Shown in pieces: positions 10,186 to 20,976 of a DNA stretch of 64,000 nucleotides (position 1 is the first letter of the stretch; each line of letters starts with the position of its first letter). Origin of the DNA: Thermoplasmata archaeon (GTDB lineage: Archaea; Thermoplasmatota; Thermoplasmata; Lutacidiplasmatales; SKW197); the NCBI GenBank assembly GCA_038874435.1, contig JAVZCK010000008.1:9705-73704 (forward strand), given 5' to 3'. Position numbers and translations under genes: made by a program. The notes below the pieces were generated by a model. The model saw only the letters and a program-made list of their open reading frames with translations, ran no database searches and was not told the origin of the DNA.

Positions 10186-11943
10186 TTGATAATGGAAATA
10201 AATCCCTACGCTCTGCCTCCTGCAATCTCAATTGTGGTTCATCTGGTCTTTATTGCAGTTTTGTTGAAGAAGACAAAGGCAAAACAGATAATAAAAGCAT
10301 TTCTTCCCTTCTTCTCCTTTGCACTTCTCTGGGCAATTTCTGAGTTCGTAGTTCGTTCATTTGTTGTAACGCCAGATAACTATATGGGGGCATGGAGTTA
10401 TCCCTATGCTCTCTTTTTCGGAAAATTGACCTGCATTGCGGTCATCGGTATTTTCCTCACGGGTGTCTATCTCTCCTTCATATTTCCAATCAGAAAAATC
10501 ACACAGAAGGAAGAGAAATTGCTCGTAGCATTCATGATTGTCTCAATGGCAATTATTTCGCCTGTGATTTTATTCACGGATGCAATGGTAGAAAAAATGG
10601 TATATTACTGGGCGGGCTACGGGAACGACTTTGGGCCTCTCCTCACCTACCTCCTTTTCCCACTGTTTGTTTTTGTCGGTGTTCTATTCTACAATTTCAT
10701 TACATCTTACATTGATGCCCGAACCAAAATCGAAAGAGCCCAGATAAAATTAATTGCAATTGGCGCTGCAATCTTTGCAATCACAGCACTGCCTACAGGT
10801 GTTTTTAGTGAGTATTTGGAGAACAGTAATTTTCCGATTTATGGCGTTCCTTCTGGTACTTTCTACATTCTCTTTCTTGATGCGTTTGTGATGTATGCTG
10901 CAGTAAGATACAGATTGTTCACAGTAGAGGCAGTGGTGGAGGAAAAGCCGGAAGAGATTGCAGTGCCTGAAGCTGGTGTCGAAATTCAAGAGGGGGATGT
11001 TGTGCTTGTTAACTCTGTTGATGGTGAAAATGGATTTGAAATTTTTCGTGGAATTACCAATCGAATGCCAGGTTTTTGCATTACCACAAAACATCCAAAT
11101 GAGGTGAGAAAGAGTTTTGGGTTTACAAAAATTCCCATTATCTGGCTCTCGGAGATCACCTCAAAGGAAAATGTGATCGAGCCGATAAATCTGGATTTTG
11201 AAATTGCCTACCATGTTTTCAGTTTTGTCAGAGAAGGCGAGAAAAGAGCAGTTTACATGGACGATGTGGACTATTTGATCACCATCAATGGATTTGAGGC
11301 GGTGCTGGCTTTTCTCAGCGCTGCAGCTGAGGAATCCAGAAAAAGAAACTCAGTTCTTATTTTCTCAACATCCATGACTGGCTTGAGTGCGGAGCAGCAG
11401 CATCTTCTCAAGAAAATTGCAACAACCGAAATCTGGCAGGAAAAAAAGGGGAAGAGGATGCCAAGGGAAGCGTTCGGTGTGAAAGAGGGCTCCGCAATCC
11501 TTGTAGAAGCACTGAGCGAGCAAAGGGAGGCCATAAAATCAAAAATATCTGGCTATCGGATTCTTGGCGTTAGTGCCCACTTTCCTACAAAATTTAAACG
11601 GGGCTTTCCAGTAGGGACAGAAATGGATTGTATATGGATTACTGAAACCACGCACTACGAAAAGGCAATTTCTGCAAAAAAGATGGAATTTGAAGTTCTC
11701 AGGGAAATTCTGAACTTTATGCGAGGCAACGCAGGAAAAGGACTTGTTTACATTGATGCAATCCCAGCATTTCTTATCACAAATGAATTCGTGTCTGTGC
11801 TTAAATTCGTGAAGGACATTGTGGATTTTGCCCATGAGCATGGATGCAAGGTGGTCTTTGAAATTCCACCAGATTTGTTCAAGCCCTCTGAAAAATTCCT
11901 TTTTGAGCAGAGAATGGATATAATCTACACCAACGCAATTTAA
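10186..11943 (+). CDS. Membrane sensor: HisKA_7TM-like N-terminus + two DUF835-like (inactive KaiC/RecA-fold) domains
   Basis: About 7 TM helices; two repeats of ITxxxP...IWxxE...YxDxxxxLITxNxFxxVLxF. Confidence 0.72.
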   Translation: MIMEINPYALPPAISIVVHLVFIAVLLKKTKAKQIIKAFLPFFSFALLWAISEFVVRSFVVTPDNYMGAWSYPYALFFGKLTCIAVIGIFLTGVYLSFIFPIRKITQKEEKLLVAFMIVSMAIISPVILFTDAMVEKMVYYWAGYGNDFGPLLTYLLFPLFVFVGVLFYNFITSYIDARTKIERAQIKLIAIGAAIFAITALPTGVFSEYLENSNFPIYGVPSGTFYILFLDAFVMYAAVRYRLFTVEAVVEEKPEEIAVPEAGVEIQEGDVVLVNSVDGENGFEIFRGITNRMPGFCITTKHPNEVRKSFGFTKIPIIWLSEITSKENVIEPINLDFEIAYHVFSFVREGEKRAVYMDDVDYLITINGFEAVLAFLSAAAEESRKRNSVLIFSTSMTGLSAEQQHLLKKIATTEIWQEKKGKRMPREAFGVKEGSAILVEALSEQREAIKSKISGYRILGVSAHFPTKFKRGFPVGTEMDCIWITETTHYEKAISAKKMEFEVLREILNFMRGNAGKGLVYIDAIPAFLITNEFVSVLKFVKDIVDFAHEHGCKVVFEIPPDLFKPSEKFLFEQRMDIIYTNAI

Positions 11944-11953
11944 TCTTTCATTC

Positions 11954-13153
11954 TCACCTTCTCAGATGTTTGTGGCAGAGCATGAAGGCATCGATTCCAG
12001 CTCTCACCTCGTCCCTCAAATTATTTCCATACACATTTCTTGTACCAATGAATAGGTTTCTTAGTGGGGTCTGGGGTAGCTTCTTGTAGTAAGGCAAAGG
12101 CACATCTACAACCATGTGCTCTATTGTCTCCACATTAGACCAGAAGTTAGGATAGGCCCTGGCCATCACAACCCTAAACTTTCTAATTACATTCTCCACA
12201 TTTTTTGATTTCTCATCGTTTCCAATAAAATACCGCCAGTATGTGGTTGCTCTTCCACCTGCTTCGAAGCCCTCATTGGAAGGCGAGAAACCAAATAGAG
12301 GGGCTTCCTCAAACAGGAGAGGAGTGGCTGCTCCGAAAATTTTTTCCTTCAACACAATTTTCACATCTAGACATTTAGTACGCAATCCTGCATATTCCTT
12401 AAGTACGGGATGTTCTAGCTCTTTCAAGAGGCCTGCTATTTCATATGGGGCAGTACTAAGCACAAAAAATTTTGCCTCGACAGATTTTTCGTCTAGAAAT
12501 GCGGCAATTGCTTTATCATTTTCAACACTTATTCTAGTGCATTCAGCATCGTAAACTATACCATCGCTCTCGTCATAGATTTCTGTTAGATCCATCATGA
12601 ATTGCTCAATGTTAGGCCTAATTGAATAAACCTCTGGGTAGACCTTCCTCAATTTGAACAAAGATGCGAAAAATGTGATGGCATCGATACCACTCCAAGG
12701 GATGCCAGTCGCAAAGGTCCCAACTGAGAGCAAATAACTGGTAGTATAACTATCATAATTCAGGGCCTCCAACAGGTCTCTCGCCGTGCAAATTTCTACT
12801 TTTTCTGGATCAAGCTGATTCAGTTTGATAAGGTTAATTGCAATCTTAAATCTATATGGGAGAGGAAGGTAGCTATATAGCAGCATCTGGTGGAATGAGA
12901 TGGGTAATCTGTAGCTTCTGTGGTCTCTGTATACAAACAGACCTTTTATTCTGCCAAGCCGAGCTGAGAATGAAAGCACATCGGCTAATTCGATCAGGGG
13001 TGTTGGTGAGCCAAGCCAGAGATTCCCGATCTCATGGAATCTTTTTTGTTCCCTTCTTACAAAACCCACATTTATTCCTTTTCTGGCCAAAAGTGCTGCA
13101 GTGATATGGGCAGAAAGAGTATTTCCTATCACAAGGACCTCATGCTCAATCAT
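11954..13153 (-). CDS. FAD/NAD(P)-binding oxidoreductase-like protein (phytoene desaturase-like) with degenerate dinucleotide motif
   Basis: N-terminal EVLVIGNTLSAHITAALLARKG beta-alpha-beta; C-terminal TPLRNLFIG. Start MIEHEV at 13153. Confidence 0.6.
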   Translation of the reverse strand: MIEHEVLVIGNTLSAHITAALLARKGINVGFVRREQKRFHEIGNLWLGSPTPLIELADVLSFSARLGRIKGLFVYRDHRSYRLPISFHQMLLYSYLPLPYRFKIAINLIKLNQLDPEKVEICTARDLLEALNYDSYTTSYLLSVGTFATGIPWSGIDAITFFASLFKLRKVYPEVYSIRPNIEQFMMDLTEIYDESDGIVYDAECTRISVENDKAIAAFLDEKSVEAKFFVLSTAPYEIAGLLKELEHPVLKEYAGLRTKCLDVKIVLKEKIFGAATPLLFEEAPLFGFSPSNEGFEAGGRATTYWRYFIGNDEKSKNVENVIRKFRVVMARAYPNFWSNVETIEHMVVDVPLPYYKKLPQTPLRNLFIGTRNVYGNNLRDEVRAGIDAFMLCHKHLRR

Positions 13154-13799
13154 TCGCAACCTCCACAATGCGTAGCCCACCCATATCGATTTCCAGCATT
13201 TCTAGATTTGAATGCGTAATAGGTTCAACGGGTAGCACGGAGAAACCCCTTCTATCCTCACCAATTCCCCAGAATAAGCTTTGTTCCAGAAGTTCCTTTC
13301 TTTCCTCATGAAATTTTGATTTAGCCCTCCAGTTTGTAAGGATTTTGCTGAAAGAATGGAAGTCTTTAGAAAGTGCGTGCCTTATAAGGTCTATCTGATG
13401 TTTTTTAGGCATTTCTTTGTTTGCTGCACAGTCGTACAATTGTTTCTCTAGTTCAAACAAAACAAGACCATAACCCTTAGGCAAATCATTCCATACTGTC
13501 AGAATCTCGTCGTCTAGCATCCACACAATTCCTCCATAGAGAGCACAAGCACACTCAACACTCTCCGGGTTCACTTTTTTTCTAATCACTCCAAGGTCCT
13601 TTGTTGTATCAAGCAAACTTAGGTATTGGATACCCACAGATATGGTCTCGTCTGTATTATACAGTCCTTTTCTAATCTTAAATTCATCAAAATTATTTTT
13701 TTCAATAATCGCATAACTAGCAACTGTGATTCCACACTTTATCCTTCCAGACAAAACTCTGTAACACCCGGGGACAAAGAGTTTGGTAATATCCTTCAT
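13146..13799 (-). CDS. Hypothetical protein
   Basis: 217-aa ORF overlapping both neighbours (ATGA overlap upstream); no recognised motif. Confidence 0.65.
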   Translation of the reverse strand: MKDITKLFVPGCYRVLSGRIKCGITVASYAIIEKNNFDEFKIRKGLYNTDETISVGIQYLSLLDTTKDLGVIRKKVNPESVECACALYGGIVWMLDDEILTVWNDLPKGYGLVLFELEKQLYDCAANKEMPKKHQIDLIRHALSKDFHSFSKILTNWRAKSKFHEERKELLEQSLFWGIGEDRRGFSVLPVEPITHSNLEMLEIDMGGLRIVEVAND

Positions 13800-15076
13800 T
13801 CACGAATCCTCTTCCAGGATTCCTCGAACAACCTCCTGAACTCAGGGTCCAGTGCAATCCTCGGGTCAATTTTTTCATTATGCCATGGAGGCGGGAAATC
13901 TTCCCATTTCTCAATCCCATAGTTTTCTGTATATCTGAGAAAGATTTTTCCGTTTTCAGTGAGAGATTTGTCCTTTACAAGTTTTAATGCATCGTAAAAT
14001 TCAGCTAGATTAGCGCATACATCCTTTCCTGCATCAATTTTTCTTAGGTTTTCTGCATCGTCCATGTTTAAAATTGTAAGGTAGAGATTCAATGGTTGAA
14101 GTTCAACTTTGAACTTGCACTCCTTTTTTCCTTCACTTATGCAAGCGGTTTCTTCAACACTTGCAGAGATTCCAAAACATTCTGAGAAAATTCTGTAGAA
14201 GAAGTGGCTTAGGACAAAGCATGACTTTGCGCCCCTAGGTGCAATGTATATGTCAGGCACAGTATTGTTTTTCACAGAGATAATAAACTTAAAAGGCGAG
14301 AAGTCCTCAATCTCAATCTCGCCTATGCCCATTTTCTTAATGTAATATCTGAGGAACTCAAAAAGTTCTGATTTAGTGGGTTTTTCAAAGAATTTGCGGA
14401 GTTCCTTTCTAGGTACACGTGTTGTTTTTATCAAATGCCGCATTTTCGCTTCCAAAACTATACTCATTCCAAACATCTTTGCCGCTTCAGGGAATGTAAA
14501 CTGGGCTTTAGGTTCGCCTACTGCCATTACAGAGCTCTCCCGCTCTTTCAAAAACTTTATTCCTTTTGGTGTCAGATTACTTTCTGCATCAATATACCCT
14601 TTCTGCTGAAGGGTAGCAATTGCCTCTTTAAGTTCATTCCCGAAAGTCGCCAATAGAAACTCTTGGGTTTTCTTATTTCGCACATTCAGATATAGAAGAA
14701 GAACGAGCCCCCGCTCAACTTGAGTCAACGGTTGCTCTAGTTTTGTCTCCTTTCCAGTCATCACAATAAGGGCGCACCTTAATGCCGAAATTAGAAGTTC
14801 CGGTCCTCGAAGAAGTGCGTAGCCAAACTCTCCCTTCTTTGTAGAGTATCCAATTGCAATACAGCCCTTTCGGACACGTAGTTCTTGGGTCTCTGGAATT
14901 GCATGGATTTCGGTTATGCTTTCTATCGGGATGATTGCATGTTTTTGTTCAAATGAAAATATGAGTTCTTTGCTCGTGAGAGTGAAAGTAGTATCAATCC
15001 ATCCAGTATCTACATATTCTGGGCTCTCACGATACGGAATCACTTCAAGGTTGAGTACTCCCAGTTTTTCTCGCAT
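13796..15076 (-). CDS. CheF-like domain fused to V4R ligand-binding domain
   Basis: WIDTTFTLTSKELIF...IPIESITEI and LTQVERGLVLLLY...LQQKGYI...LTPKG resemble CheF. KMGIGEI...SCFVLSHFF...EETACISEGKKECKFKV is V4R-like. Confidence 0.6.
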   Translation of the reverse strand: MREKLGVLNLEVIPYRESPEYVDTGWIDTTFTLTSKELIFSFEQKHAIIPIESITEIHAIPETQELRVRKGCIAIGYSTKKGEFGYALLRGPELLISALRCALIVMTGKETKLEQPLTQVERGLVLLLYLNVRNKKTQEFLLATFGNELKEAIATLQQKGYIDAESNLTPKGIKFLKERESSVMAVGEPKAQFTFPEAAKMFGMSIVLEAKMRHLIKTTRVPRKELRKFFEKPTKSELFEFLRYYIKKMGIGEIEIEDFSPFKFIISVKNNTVPDIYIAPRGAKSCFVLSHFFYRIFSECFGISASVEETACISEGKKECKFKVELQPLNLYLTILNMDDAENLRKIDAGKDVCANLAEFYDALKLVKDKSLTENGKIFLRYTENYGIEKWEDFPPPWHNEKIDPRIALDPEFRRLFEESWKRIRE

Positions 15077-15200
15077 AATCTTTACCTCTCATATATGATA
15101 AGAGGTATAAGAATTCCAAGAATTTAAAAATTACCTCACAATTGAAAATTGCCAAAAAGATTAAATCCCATGGAGATAATGTAGGGAGAGCTGTGATTGA

Positions 15201-16388
15201 ATGCAGGCAGTAATTCTCGCTGCTGGGTATGGAAAGAGGTTGTGGCCTTTCTCTGAAGAAATCCCAAAGCCGATGCTCCCCATTGCAAACAAGCCCCTGA
15301 TGGAACATCTTATAGAGGCGCTCGTAGTAAATGGCATAAAGGACATTATAGTTGTGGTTGGGTATAAAAAAGAACGAATTTTAAGCTATTTTCAAGATGG
15401 AAAAAGGTGGAATGCAAGCATAAGATATGTGGTTCAAAACCAACAACTGGGCACTGCCCATGCCCTGTATCAGGCAAAGAATCTGATAAAAGAGGAATTC
15501 TTGCTTCTGCCAGGCGATAACATAGTCCTTCCAAACGCGATTGCTAGCATCCGTGATACGAAGGGAAATGCGGTATTGCTCACAGAATGCGACGAACCCT
15601 CTGAGTATGGAGTGGCTTATGTTTCAGGCAAAATTCTTAAAACAATCGTGGAAAAACCCGCAATGCCGGACTACAACATAATAAGCACCTCAATTTTCAA
15701 GTTAGACCCCAGTGTTTTTGATGAAATTGAGAGATGCCTTGCAGTCAGCAGGTACGAGTTGAGTGACCTCATTAGAGAATGTGCAGTCAAACGCGAAATC
15801 ACTGCAGTTACCCTTTCTAGCATCTGGAAGGATGTGATGTATCCGTGGTCAATTGTGGATGTCAATGCAATGGCTGCAGCCCAGATAAGGGAGAGAATTG
15901 CCGGTACAGTGGACAGCACTGCAATAATCCGTGGAAAGGTGAACATAGGAGAGGATACAGTAATCTATCCTGGCACATGTATCAATGGCCCTGTTATAAT
16001 CGGTTCTGGGTGTGAAATTGGACCTTCTGTGGTGATTCTGCCTTATACCTCCATTGGAAACAATGTCAGAATTGCACCATTTTCAATGATTGAAAACACA
16101 GTTGTGCTGGATAATTCTACAATAGGTCCGCATTCGACGCTGCAGTCGTGTGTAATTGGAGAAGGTACAACCATTGAGTCCGAACTCAAGGGCTTGCATG
16201 GTGATGCCACAGTTGAGGTGGAAGGAAAACTTGTAAAAATTAAGCACATTGGTGGAATCATTGGTGCCAGATGCAGTGTTCAACATGGTGTTTACATGAA
16301 GCCAGGGACACTTGTCGGCAATGACTGTAAGATACATGCAAACGCACAGATTTCTGGGCGAATCCCATCCAAGGCTGTGGTGATGTGA
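15201..16388 (+). CDS. glmU: Bifunctional sugar-1-phosphate nucleotidylyltransferase/acetyltransferase (archaeal GlmU-like)
   Basis: ILAAGYGKRLWP...PKPM, QLGTAHA, hexapeptide repeats; adjacent to glmS. Confidence 0.85.
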   Translation: MQAVILAAGYGKRLWPFSEEIPKPMLPIANKPLMEHLIEALVVNGIKDIIVVVGYKKERILSYFQDGKRWNASIRYVVQNQQLGTAHALYQAKNLIKEEFLLLPGDNIVLPNAIASIRDTKGNAVLLTECDEPSEYGVAYVSGKILKTIVEKPAMPDYNIISTSIFKLDPSVFDEIERCLAVSRYELSDLIRECAVKREITAVTLSSIWKDVMYPWSIVDVNAMAAAQIRERIAGTVDSTAIIRGKVNIGEDTVIYPGTCINGPVIIGSGCEIGPSVVILPYTSIGNNVRIAPFSMIENTVVLDNSTIGPHSTLQSCVIGEGTTIESELKGLHGDATVEVEGKLVKIKHIGGIIGARCSVQHGVYMKPGTLVGNDCKIHANAQISGRIPSKAVVM

Positions 16389-16389
16389 A

Positions 16390-18180
16390 ATGTGTGGAAT
16401 AATTGGTTATGTGGGAAGGAACAACTGCATGCCAATAATATTTGATATGCTTAAACGTCTGGAGTACAGAGGGTATGATTCCGCAGGCATCTCGGTAATC
16501 TCAGATTCCAATCTCTACCTGATGAAGGATAAGGGCACGGTCGATGCTCTAAGAAGTGTTGTGGAATTTGTGGATTGCAACATTGGGATTGGACATACAA
16601 GATGGGCCACCTGCGGTGCACCTTTGAAACACAATGCCCATCCATTTATGGATTGCAAAAAAGAGCTTGCTCTTGCTCATAACGGGATAATTGAAAATTA
16701 CAAGGAATTAAGGGATTCTCTAATGCGTGAAGGTCATGTTTTCACATCCGAGACAGATTCTGAAGTGATTGTTCATCTGGTTGAAAAATACTATACTGGC
16801 AACAATTTGATTGATGCAGTGCGAACTGCACTCCAGCATCTTAAGGGAAGTTATGCAATCGTTGTGCTTGATAGAAAAAGCAAGAAAATAGTAGGTGCAA
16901 GACATGAAAGCCCACTAGTGCTGGGTATTGGAAAAAACGAAATTTTTCTCTCATCTGACATACCTGGCTTTCTTCAGCACACAAACAAAGTGGTGTATCT
17001 GAATGATAATGAGATTGTTGAAATTTCAGAGGAGGGTTATCGGGTTTTTGACTTCAATGGCAACACTCTTCAGAAAGAGGTAAATGAAGTTTCTTGGAGT
17101 ATAGAGGATGCAGAAAAGGGTGGGTTTGAACATTACATGCTGAAGGAAATCTACGAGATTCCCAAGGCAGTCCAGGACACATTGAGAAGTCGAATTGATT
17201 CTAGAATCGCAGAGCTTGATTTTAATGAATTTGAAAGGATTTTGTTGATTGGGTGCGGTACATCCTATCATGCCGCCCTGTATGGGAAATACCTCTTTGA
17301 GAATTTATTGAAGGTACCAACTCAGGCAGAAATTTCCTCTGAAATTCGCAATTCTACTCTGGCAATGTCAGACACCCTCGCATTTTTCATCACCCAGAGT
17401 GGTGAGACCGCAGACACACTTGCTGCAGCAAGAAACTTAAGAAAGTTAGGGGCCACAACCTGCGCAATCACAAACGTGGTTGGTAGTTCAATCACTAGAG
17501 AGACAGATGCTGTATTCTACACCCATGCTGGCCCTGAGATAAGTGTTGCAGCCACAAAAACATTTGTTTCCCAAATCACTGCACTCTACATGCTTGCAGT
17601 CGACATTGGAGAGGTGCGGAGTGAAATTTCCACAAGTGCAAGAACAAACTTGAGAAATGCGCTGAGAGTTCTCCCCTCTGAGCTTCAGAAAGTTCTTGAC
17701 AATGCCGAACCAATAAAAAATGTGAGTAAAGAGCTTGCAAAATATGAAAATGCCTTTTACATAGGGCGTGGATACAATTATCCGATTGCACTGGAGGGGG
17801 CTCTTAAACTCAAGGAAATTTCTTACATTCATGCTGAGGGCTATCCTGCTGGAGAGCTGAAGCACGGGCCACTCGCCCTCCTTTGTGAGAAGGTGCCAGT
17901 AGTTGCCATTGCCACCTATGACGAACTCTATTCTAAGATGATTGGAAACATAGCCGAAGTGAAGGCTAGAAACTCACCAGTCATACTCTTCTCCACAGAA
18001 AACCACGAAGAGGCAAAGGAACTTGCGGACTTTGTTGTTGAAATTCCAGACAATCACCAGATAATCACACCTGCACTTACAGTAACTGCCCTCCAGTTAA
18101 TGGCATACTTTGTTGCGAGGGAGCGGAACTGCCCAATAGATAAGCCGAGAAATCTAGCAAAGAGCGTTACAGTGGAGTGA
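16390..18180 (+). CDS. glmS: Glutamine-fructose-6-phosphate transaminase
   Basis: MCGIIG, LEYRGYDSAG, GHTRWAT, C-terminal PRNLAKSVTVE. Confidence 0.98.
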   Translation: MCGIIGYVGRNNCMPIIFDMLKRLEYRGYDSAGISVISDSNLYLMKDKGTVDALRSVVEFVDCNIGIGHTRWATCGAPLKHNAHPFMDCKKELALAHNGIIENYKELRDSLMREGHVFTSETDSEVIVHLVEKYYTGNNLIDAVRTALQHLKGSYAIVVLDRKSKKIVGARHESPLVLGIGKNEIFLSSDIPGFLQHTNKVVYLNDNEIVEISEEGYRVFDFNGNTLQKEVNEVSWSIEDAEKGGFEHYMLKEIYEIPKAVQDTLRSRIDSRIAELDFNEFERILLIGCGTSYHAALYGKYLFENLLKVPTQAEISSEIRNSTLAMSDTLAFFITQSGETADTLAAARNLRKLGATTCAITNVVGSSITRETDAVFYTHAGPEISVAATKTFVSQITALYMLAVDIGEVRSEISTSARTNLRNALRVLPSELQKVLDNAEPIKNVSKELAKYENAFYIGRGYNYPIALEGALKLKEISYIHAEGYPAGELKHGPLALLCEKVPVVAIATYDELYSKMIGNIAEVKARNSPVILFSTENHEEAKELADFVVEIPDNHQIITPALTVTALQLMAYFVARERNCPIDKPRNLAKSVTVE

Positions 18181-18209
18181 ACTCTGCGTTGGCAAAATGC
18201 CAGATACGA

Positions 18210-18227
18210 AAAGTGAAACTTTAAATA
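18210..18227 (+). promoter_or_regulatory. Putative BRE/TATA promoter of the 23S rRNA gene
   Basis: Purine-rich AAAGTGAAAC followed by TTTAAATA about 140 nt upstream of the mature 23S. Confidence 0.55.
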
Positions 18228-20285
18228 CAAGTTCTTATATAACTTATTCCTGCTCATTTATGATGCACCCTTGGATGAAAGTTCAAGGGGAAGATGGTGA
18301 AGACGAGAAATTCGTCTGTGATACCGCTCATAGGCATGTGGGACTGGACTGTTGGCAGATGTGTCGCTTGCTGCTGACTCCGCCACTTGGGGGATGGTCT
18401 GGCTTGTCCACCGAAGAAGGGCGTGCCAAGCTGCGATAAGCTGTGGGTAGGCGCATGGAGCCTTTGATCCACAGATGCCTGAATGGGACTTCCTGCCGCA
18501 AGGCGGTCAGTAATGACCGGGAACCCCCCGAAGTAAAGCATTTTAGTAGGGGGAGGAAAAGAAACCAATAGGGATTCCCTTAGTAAAGGCGATCGAAGAG
18601 GGAAAAGAGCAAACCGAATCCGCCCAGAAATGGAGCGGAGATGTGGAGTTTGGACCTCCGTACTTCTTCGCTTCCTGACCCGAAGTTCCCTGGAACGGGA
18701 CGCCATAGAGGGTGATAGCCCTGTAGGGGAAGGGAAGAAAGAAGATTGGAGGTATCCAGAGTACCATGCGTTGGATATCGCGTGGGAATACGGGAGGCAC
18801 AAACTTCCAACTCTAAATATGTGACAAGTCCGATAGTGGATATAGTAGTGTGAACGAACACTGAAAAGCACCCTTGACGGGGAGTGAAAAGTGCCTGAAA
18901 CCAGGTGGCTATAAGCCGAGACGGCGGGAAAGCGTAATGCACCGTCGTCACGTCCGTGCTGAAAAACGGGCCAGGGAGTTCCGATCAGCGGCGAGGTTAA
19001 GCAGGTTAACTGCGTAGCCGGAGCGAAAGCAAAAGTCCGCAACCCGCAAGGGTGAGGGACTGGGTGTGTTCGCCCGGAGTCGCTGGTGGGAGACCCGAAG
19101 CCGGCAGATCTATCCCTGGGTAGGTTGAAGCCCTCCGAAAGGGGGGTGGAGGACCGAACCGGTGCTGACGTGCAAATCGTTCGGATGACCTGGGGATAGG
19201 GGTGAAAGGCCAATCTAGGCCGGGAATGGCTGGTTCCTCCCGAAACTACTCGCAGGTAGACCTCGCCAGAGAGCGTTCGTGATGTAGAGTGACTGATTAG
19301 GTGCTTAGGGCTCGAAAGGGCTCGGCATCTTATCAAACTCCGAAGTTGCGAACCTCGTAGAAGGCGGGAGTGAGGGCCACAGGGGTAAGCCCGTGGTGCA
19401 AAAGGGAATGCAACCCAGCCCTGAGTTAAGGTCCCTAAATGCTGGCTAAGTGTTATGAGAAAGGGCGTCTCATGACTAAAACAACTGGGAGGTTGGCTTA
19501 GAAGCAGCCATCCTTTAAAGAGTGCGTAACAGCTCACCAGTCGAGTCATGGGGCCTCGAAAATGAACGGGGCTAAAGCCAGCTACCGATACTCAGGAGCA
19601 CCGAATAGGTGATCTAGTAGGGAGGTGTCGAGTGTGGGTAGAAGTAAGGGCGTGAGCTCTTATGGACCGCACTCGAATACGGATCCTGGGAGGAGTAGCA
19701 GCAAAGAGGGGTGAGAACCCCCTCCGCCGAAGGGGCAAGGGTTCCTCGACAATGTCCGTCAGTCGAGGGTTAGTCGGTCCTAAGGATGCGCTTAATCGCA
19801 GCATCCGAAAGGGAAGCAGGTTAATATTCCTGCACTGCAGTGTTAAAGCCCTATGCCTGACGCATCGCGGTAGTCCAAGCATCCTTGCCAGGATGTCTAA
19901 GCGTATTAAGGACGGGGAGTGCCGTAATGGCGAGAACCGTCCCAAAGCGTGATGGGGTTCCCGTAGGGGGACTTTGGATGATCCGTGGTGCCAGTGAAAA
20001 GGGTATAGGGGCAAACTGCAACCGTACCTAGAACTGACACAGGTGCCCCTGGGTGAGAAGCCCAAGGCGTGTCGGCGAGAATTCGAGCGAGGGAATTCGG
20101 CAAATTAGCCCCGTAACTTCGGGATAAGGGGTGCCAGCCTAGAGATAGGCTGGTCGCAGTGACAAGGGCGCTCCGACTGTTTAATAAAAACATAGATGGC
20201 CGCAAGACCGAAAAGGTTCTGTATGGCCGTTGAAGCCTGCCCAGTGCCGGTATCTGAACACCCGTTCCAACGGGACGAAGGACCG

Positions 20286-20384
<99 letters not shown>

Positions 20385-20929
20385 AGGTAGCGTAATACCT
20401 TGTCGCTTAATTGGCGACTTGCATGAAGGCCCAACGAGAGCGCTACTGTCCCCGCTCGGAAGCCGGCGAAACTGACTTACTGGCGAACAGTCCAGTATCC
20501 TCCACCTGAAAGCGAAGACCCCGTGGAGCTTTACTGCAGCCTGTGGTTGTGATACGGTTCTGGATGTGTAGTGTAGGCGGGACCCGTTACAAAGGGCCTG
20601 TCGCTAGGCAGGTACCGAGGGGCCGATGAAACACCGCCCTTCTGGAATCGTACCACTAACTTCCTTCGGGGAGGACACCCATAGGTAGGCAGTTTGGGTG
20701 GGGCGCCACGCCCTCAAAAAGATAACAAGGGCCCCCAAAGGTCGGCTCAGGTAGGTCAGAAATCTACCGTAGAGTGCAAGGGCATAAGCCGGCTTGACGC
20801 TGTTGCGCCCAACGAGCAACAGCGATGCGAAAGCAGGGCCTAGCGAACTACTCAACCTCCTTTGTGGGGGTGAGTAATAAGAGAAAAGTTACCCCGGGGA
20901 TAACTGAGTCGTCTCCAGCAAGAGTTCAC

Positions 20930-20976
20930 ACAACCCTTTTGCGACGCAAAAGCGTTGACGGAAAAGGGTGGAACAT
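20930..20976 (+). other. Archaeal BHB intron (47 nt) in 23S helix 89 loop after position ~2477
   Basis: Interrupts AAGAGTTCAC|ATCGACC. BHB: GA/UC, bulge AU|A, GUUC/GAAC, bulge AC|A, ACCCUUUU/AAAAGGGU. Confidence 0.85.
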
